A stretch of 64,000 nucleotides of DNA from Bdellovibrionota bacterium (GTDB lineage Bacteria > Bdellovibrionota_C > UBA2361 > JAAYZI01): contig JBMNIF010000003.1 in NCBI GenBank assembly GCA_050950765.1, positions 544,001 to 608,000 on the forward strand, read 5' to 3'. The position numbers and the translations under genes were made by a program. The notes beneath the pieces are model-generated. The model was not told where the DNA came from. It worked only from the letters and a program-made list of their open reading frames with translations, and did no database searches. This document shows positions 59,812 to 64,000 of the stretch, piece after piece (the stretch's first letter is position 1; each line of letters opens with the position of its first letter).

Positions 59812-61914
59812 TTAAATCTGCCAAACTCCGATCGTCTCGACCTGTATAGTCGGATCCAGTTCATCAAAGGTTACTACATCTATATAATCATAGGTCAACT
59901 GTAAAAAATCTGAGAGCTTATGCCTTAATCCAACAGGGCATAAGATACTAGCAGGTAAGAGACCTCTTAAGGCAATCTGCTCTGCTATCTGCTGTAAACC
60001 TCGCTGCATAGCTTCAAAAGTTTGCGGATCAATTACCGAAGCTCCGCCTTGAGAAGTTATCTGCACACCTTCTAACGCTTCCTCGATATCAGTAGAAACA
60101 GATATTACTTTTAATGTTTCTCTATGCGACAGAAGTCTGCCCAAAGTCTGCCTCTTTCGATCAATACGGATAAAAGAAACGATATCTTGTACATCGAAAT
60201 CATCTTCTTGAACCATAGAAGCACCATAGACCGAACAATAAGACGCTACCGATCCCAAGATCTGCCTGAAATTTCTAACGCTAATACCTTCACTAGCCAG
60301 TTTTTGTAGAATTGTTGTCATGCGAGAAACATTAATAAATTCAGAATTAAATGTTTCAGGTATTAGTCCAGGATAACGTTGCTGAATATCCTTCAACTCG
60401 GCATGAACATCTACAATTGATAAAACCTCTTCTGGATGACGTTGTAAAAATGCGGCGGCACGTAGTGTAATATATTCCATAAAATCGAAAATTCTTATCG
60501 CTCCAACTTCTGCAAATCTACGCAGATTTGTAGTATCAGCACACCATGCGATAGCATTACCAGAGATAGGGTGCATCTCTGTACTTTCTACTTCTAACCC
60601 GAAAGATCGCGCCGTTTCCGGATTCATCTCTATCAACATAGCTCCCGTCGGGATTCGTCCACTAAAGAGGGTCGTTTCACCGATACAAACTTTGTAATGA
60701 GAAGGTGAAAAAAACTTATCTCCATGAACCTTTAAAGGTGGTAGTTGCACCCCAGTGGCTTCATAAAAATCGTGTTGCAATTCAGAATAGCGACTGAAAT
60801 GACGCGCAGGCGCTACTTGATAAGATTTAAATAAAAGAGCAGCATCTAAAAATATATCCAACCTACTTTTTTCAAAATCATCAACTTCCTCTGCAACACT
60901 ACCCTTTGCAAATCCGATCCCTGCTTGGCGTAATAACGTTCGCTCTCCTGTTTGTCTCCCCCCTCCAGAATGATAAAGTGCCACACCTGCTAAACATAGC
61001 GATGTAAAAAGAAATGGCCAAAACGGCATATTAGGAAGTAGACCAACAATAAGAATCACAACAGATGCCACTGCTATTAAGAATGAACTCTGAAAAAGTT
61101 GCGATACTATATCTTTTCCAAGTGTTGTGTTTTCACCAGAGGAAACACGCGTGACAACAATACCAGCACAGATAGAGATCAATAACGCAGGAACCTGACT
61201 TACTAAACCATCACCGACTGTTAAAACTGTATAAGTCGAGACCGCTTCAGAAAAAGACATCTCTCCACGCAAGACTCCGACATACAGCCCTCCCAAAATA
61301 TTTGTAAAGATAATAAATATTCCGGCAATAGCGTCACCTTGCACAAACTTCATGGCACCATCCATCGCACCGTATAGTTGCGATTCTTTCCTTAAATCTT
61401 CTCGTTTGCGACAAGCTTCTTCCGCACTGATAATACCAGCACGTAAATCAGCATCGATCGCCATCTGCTTCCCCGGTAAGGCATCTAAAGCAAAACGTGC
61501 AGAAACTTCAGAAACACGTCCGGCACCACGTGTAATAACGATAAAATTCACGATCGTAATAATAGTAAATATTACACCACCGATAACGGGATCTCCAGCT
61601 ATCAGAAAGTCTCCAAATGATTGAATAACCTCTCCGGCATAGCCGTTACTGAGAATTAGTCGTGTGGAGGCAACATTTAATGATAATCTGAAAAGAGTTG
61701 TTAGAAGCAATAACGCTGGGAACGCCAGCAACGCCAAAGCATTTGGAATATACAGCCCAACTAATAGCAACAAAAGAGAGAAAGAGAGGTTTATGGCGAG
61801 TAAGAGGTCTAAGAGGGAAGTCGGTAACGGAATAAGCAACATCGCCGCGACTGCCACAACAAAGATGGCCAAAGCAGCATCACTATTCCTCGCAAAGATA
61901 GACTTCATAACCAT
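59812..61914 (-). CDS. FHIPEP-family type III export-gate protein (SctV-like)
   Basis: FPALLLLTTLFRLSLNVASTRLIL, RVSEVSARFALDALPGKQMAIDADL, KESQLYGAMDGAMKFVQGDAIAG, LTVGDGLVSQVPAL, EGISVRN. Confidence 0.93.
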   Translation of the reverse strand: MVMKSIFARNSDAALAIFVVAVAAMLLIPLPTSLLDLLLAINLSFSLLLLLVGLYIPNALALLAFPALLLLTTLFRLSLNVASTRLILSNGYAGEVIQSFGDFLIAGDPVIGGVIFTIITIVNFIVITRGAGRVSEVSARFALDALPGKQMAIDADLRAGIISAEEACRKREDLRKESQLYGAMDGAMKFVQGDAIAGIFIIFTNILGGLYVGVLRGEMSFSEAVSTYTVLTVGDGLVSQVPALLISICAGIVVTRVSSGENTTLGKDIVSQLFQSSFLIAVASVVILIVGLLPNMPFWPFLFTSLCLAGVALYHSGGGRQTGERTLLRQAGIGFAKGSVAEEVDDFEKSRLDIFLDAALLFKSYQVAPARHFSRYSELQHDFYEATGVQLPPLKVHGDKFFSPSHYKVCIGETTLFSGRIPTGAMLIEMNPETARSFGLEVESTEMHPISGNAIAWCADTTNLRRFAEVGAIRIFDFMEYITLRAAAFLQRHPEEVLSIVDVHAELKDIQQRYPGLIPETFNSEFINVSRMTTILQKLASEGISVRNFRQILGSVASYCSVYGASMVQEDDFDVQDIVSFIRIDRKRQTLGRLLSHRETLKVISVSTDIEEALEGVQITSQGGASVIDPQTFEAMQRGLQQIAEQIALRGLLPASILCPVGLRHKLSDFLQLTYDYIDVVTFDELDPTIQVETIGVWQI

Positions 61915-61968
61915 TTATCAAAACCATAACAACACACTAAGGTTTAGCACTACTGATCCCCAAACTTG

Positions 61969-62925
61969 TTACATACTCGGAACTTCTGTATCTCCACCTA
62001 AGCCCATGTTGGAGAAAGAATCCATAAGTTGAACAGCAAAGCCGGAAAAAAGGATTATCAAGAATCCTAAGAAAACTAACGCCAGAGGTCCCGTAGCTTT
62101 TAACTCTAACTTCTTAATCTTAGCATCGATCTCTGTTTCTCTTTTGCTAGCTACGGCATCAGCCAACTCTTGCAACTGCCTCGTAATTTCACCGCCATGC
62201 TTAGCCACTTGAGATAAAGCTGTAAAGACGTGTTTTACCTCAGGATGTCCCGATCTATTTCCAACTTCAATTAAAGATTCTTCTAACGAAACACCTGATT
62301 TTAAATAGTAATAGGCGTGACTCACTAACTCAGTTACAACGTTATGACTACCCCTTTCATCTGCCATAGCAATAACACGTTGCAAACACGGTCCTATATC
62401 AAGAGAGCTGCTAACTCCGATAGCGATCTCTTCAATCACAAGGGGAAGATAATACATAATATCTTCAGATCTCTCTTTTATTCTGTGATCAAGTATCATA
62501 CTTGGTAGGCAGTATCCTGCAGCACCACCTGCGACGGCAGCAACTATCGTAAGCTCTGGTATAAGGATTGCGGCAAGAACTCCTAATATAACAGCTCCAC
62601 CCAACGGACATAAAATTCTTAAACGATCAAATTCCTTTCTTGCTTCTGAAGAGAATATCCCTGCTTGATATAACCTCTCCTCAATCGGGATATCGTTAGC
62701 ATTGCGTCGACGTGATCGACGGATCTTTTTATTTAATTTAGCCTCTTCCTTTCCTGTAACATCACCTGCTAGCTGCTCCCTAGCTCTCGCAACATCTCCC
62801 ATCTGCGATGTTTGCATCAGATTTTGCATACTTCTTTGCTGATTGGAGCGATAGATAAGGAAAATTATCCCCCCTAAAGAGATTACTGCTACAACACTTG
62901 CTATTATAAGAAATATCTGTTCCAC
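61969..62925 (-). CDS. tadC: Tad pilus assembly protein TadC (T2SS-F family)
   Basis: LPLVIEEIAIGVSS...LSQVAKHGGEITRQLQELAD...KATGPLALVF. Confidence 0.82.
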   Translation of the reverse strand: MEQIFLIIASVVAVISLGGIIFLIYRSNQQRSMQNLMQTSQMGDVARAREQLAGDVTGKEEAKLNKKIRRSRRRNANDIPIEERLYQAGIFSSEARKEFDRLRILCPLGGAVILGVLAAILIPELTIVAAVAGGAAGYCLPSMILDHRIKERSEDIMYYLPLVIEEIAIGVSSSLDIGPCLQRVIAMADERGSHNVVTELVSHAYYYLKSGVSLEESLIEVGNRSGHPEVKHVFTALSQVAKHGGEITRQLQELADAVASKRETEIDAKIKKLELKATGPLALVFLGFLIILFSGFAVQLMDSFSNMGLGGDTEVPSM

Positions 62926-62928
62926 CTA

Positions 62929-63906
62929 CTAAATCCTTATTTTTGTAACCTGCCTTATCCAGTACATGCCAAATAAGATCACTACTAAAGCGATCTGCCA
63001 CATCATCCATCCCGTTTCATTTTCTATGCTTTTTTCTACCATCTCAGGATTAACTACATACATATAACCTTCTATAAAAAAGATTACAGCGATAATAATC
63101 CAAACAGATCCACGCTGCATACCAACAGCAGCATTGGCAGAATCTCTGAAATACTGTCGTTTTCTAACTTGATGCGACAAACGCTCCAAAGTATCGGATA
63201 AAGCACCACCGACCCTTCTACTAAGCATTAAGGCTTGAACAAAAAGCTCTATCTCGGGATGGTTAATATCCTCTCCGAAAGTACCGATAGATCTCTCTTC
63301 GGGCACTCCAAAGCGTAACCGCTCCAACATCAACTCCACCTCTTCCCTAACGAGAGAATCAGGCTCAAGACCATTGGCAGCTGCTTCCATAGCCGTCATA
63401 GCGTTCATACCAGTTTTCAACATACTAACAAGAGAGAGTAAAAACGGTGCATAATCAATATCAAAATCTTTTACTCTTTTATTCATGAACCTATTTACCA
63501 ACCAGTGCATAAAAATAGGCCCCGATGAAAATGAAAGAACTACGATAAACCAACCAAATTTTATCGAAACAAGTGCGGCGACTGTTGCACTAATCAGAAA
63601 TTGTAAGAGATAGAACATTAGCGGCGGCATCTTCCACTGTGCATACCTAAGCTTTTTCTGCACTGTTAATTTTGAAGAGCTATTAACAGTAGCACTAACT
63701 TCTTGTGCAGAATCAAGTAACGTTTTCTCCGTCGGTGCCTTCCTGTTATCAGGTACACCTGAAGCTCTCTGCGCAGCCACGATCCTTGAAATCTGTCCTT
63801 TTGTCGAAGGAGCTCCGGCAAAAGGATTTCCGATCATCAAAAGCCCTAACATGATCAAGCCTAAGATACAAACGACACCTATCAGTATTATTACGTTAGT
63901 ATCCAT
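62929..63906 (-). CDS. tadB: Tad pilus assembly protein TadB (T2SS-F family)
   Basis: LVSMLKTG...RFGVP...ELFVQALMLSRRVGGALSDTLERLSHQVRKR. Confidence 0.85.
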   Translation of the reverse strand: MDTNVIILIGVVCILGLIMLGLLMIGNPFAGAPSTKGQISRIVAAQRASGVPDNRKAPTEKTLLDSAQEVSATVNSSSKLTVQKKLRYAQWKMPPLMFYLLQFLISATVAALVSIKFGWFIVVLSFSSGPIFMHWLVNRFMNKRVKDFDIDYAPFLLSLVSMLKTGMNAMTAMEAAANGLEPDSLVREEVELMLERLRFGVPEERSIGTFGEDINHPEIELFVQALMLSRRVGGALSDTLERLSHQVRKRQYFRDSANAAVGMQRGSVWIIIAVIFFIEGYMYVVNPEMVEKSIENETGWMMWQIALVVILFGMYWIRQVTKIRI

Positions 63907-63912
63907 CCTTAA

Positions 63913-63999
63913 CTATCTCCCTGTCGTATCTTGCCTTCGTGTACTCACTGTACTCATCGTTATCTCCGGTGGAGAATCTCCAAGAAAGATCCCATCACG
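63913..63999 (-). CDS. 3' end of upstream gene (possibly TadA/CpaF, by position only)
   Basis: Open frame RDGIFLGDSPPEITMSTVSTRRQDTTGR* ends 6 bp before the tadB start. Confidence 0.4.
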   Translation of the reverse strand, partial: RDGIFLGDSPPEITMSTVSTRRQDTTGR

Positions 64000-64000
64000 G

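Noticed and set aside
59812..61914. Naming the FHIPEP gene flhA
   Set aside because: Diagnostic segments look SctV-like and no flagellar genes are nearby; symbol withheld pending phylogeny.
704..63010. Many short antisense or overlapping ORFs in the track (e.g. 704-934, 4978-5229, 25226-25696, 47999-48286, 57539-58180)
   Set aside because: They lie within or opposite well-supported genes and show no RBS or family motifs.

Overview
Chromosomal window of a low-to-moderate GC Gram-negative bacterium; the gene set suggests a deltaproteobacteria-like or Bdellovibrionota-like lineage (inference). The backbone is housekeeping: purE, rpmE, lon, LpoA-like lipoprotein, an MCE/Mla ABC operon, glyA, ybaK, nfeD-slipin, coaBC, recD2, dsbD, two hsp20, grpE-dnaK-dnaJ, recO, yggT/yggU, tRNA-Leu(TAG) and several two-component genes. 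One complete IS1634-like element has 18-bp inverted repeats and a 7-bp target duplication. Five features stand out. (1) At the right edge, tadB-tadC run directly into a non-flagellar-type T3SS export gate (SctV-like) and a membrane pseudokinase, suggesting a combined Tad/T3SS machine. (2) A 1.4-kb non-CRISPR mosaic array (42781-44155) shuffles a few modules around 22 copies of a G(G/A)GTGGCACCA core, and related ~79-bp units form two further clusters. (3) Two dissimilar orphan ORFs at 22.8-25.2 kb sit in near-identical leader/hairpin frames beside a 39-bp duplication of the ybaK 3' end. (4) The dnaJ 3' end is triplicated at a 152-bp period. (5) Several full-length ORFs have lost catalytic motifs: MqnA-MqnC fusion, MqnE-like, CoaB domain, UDG-like and the kinase. 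All family assignments come from motif recognition by eye; no searches were run.
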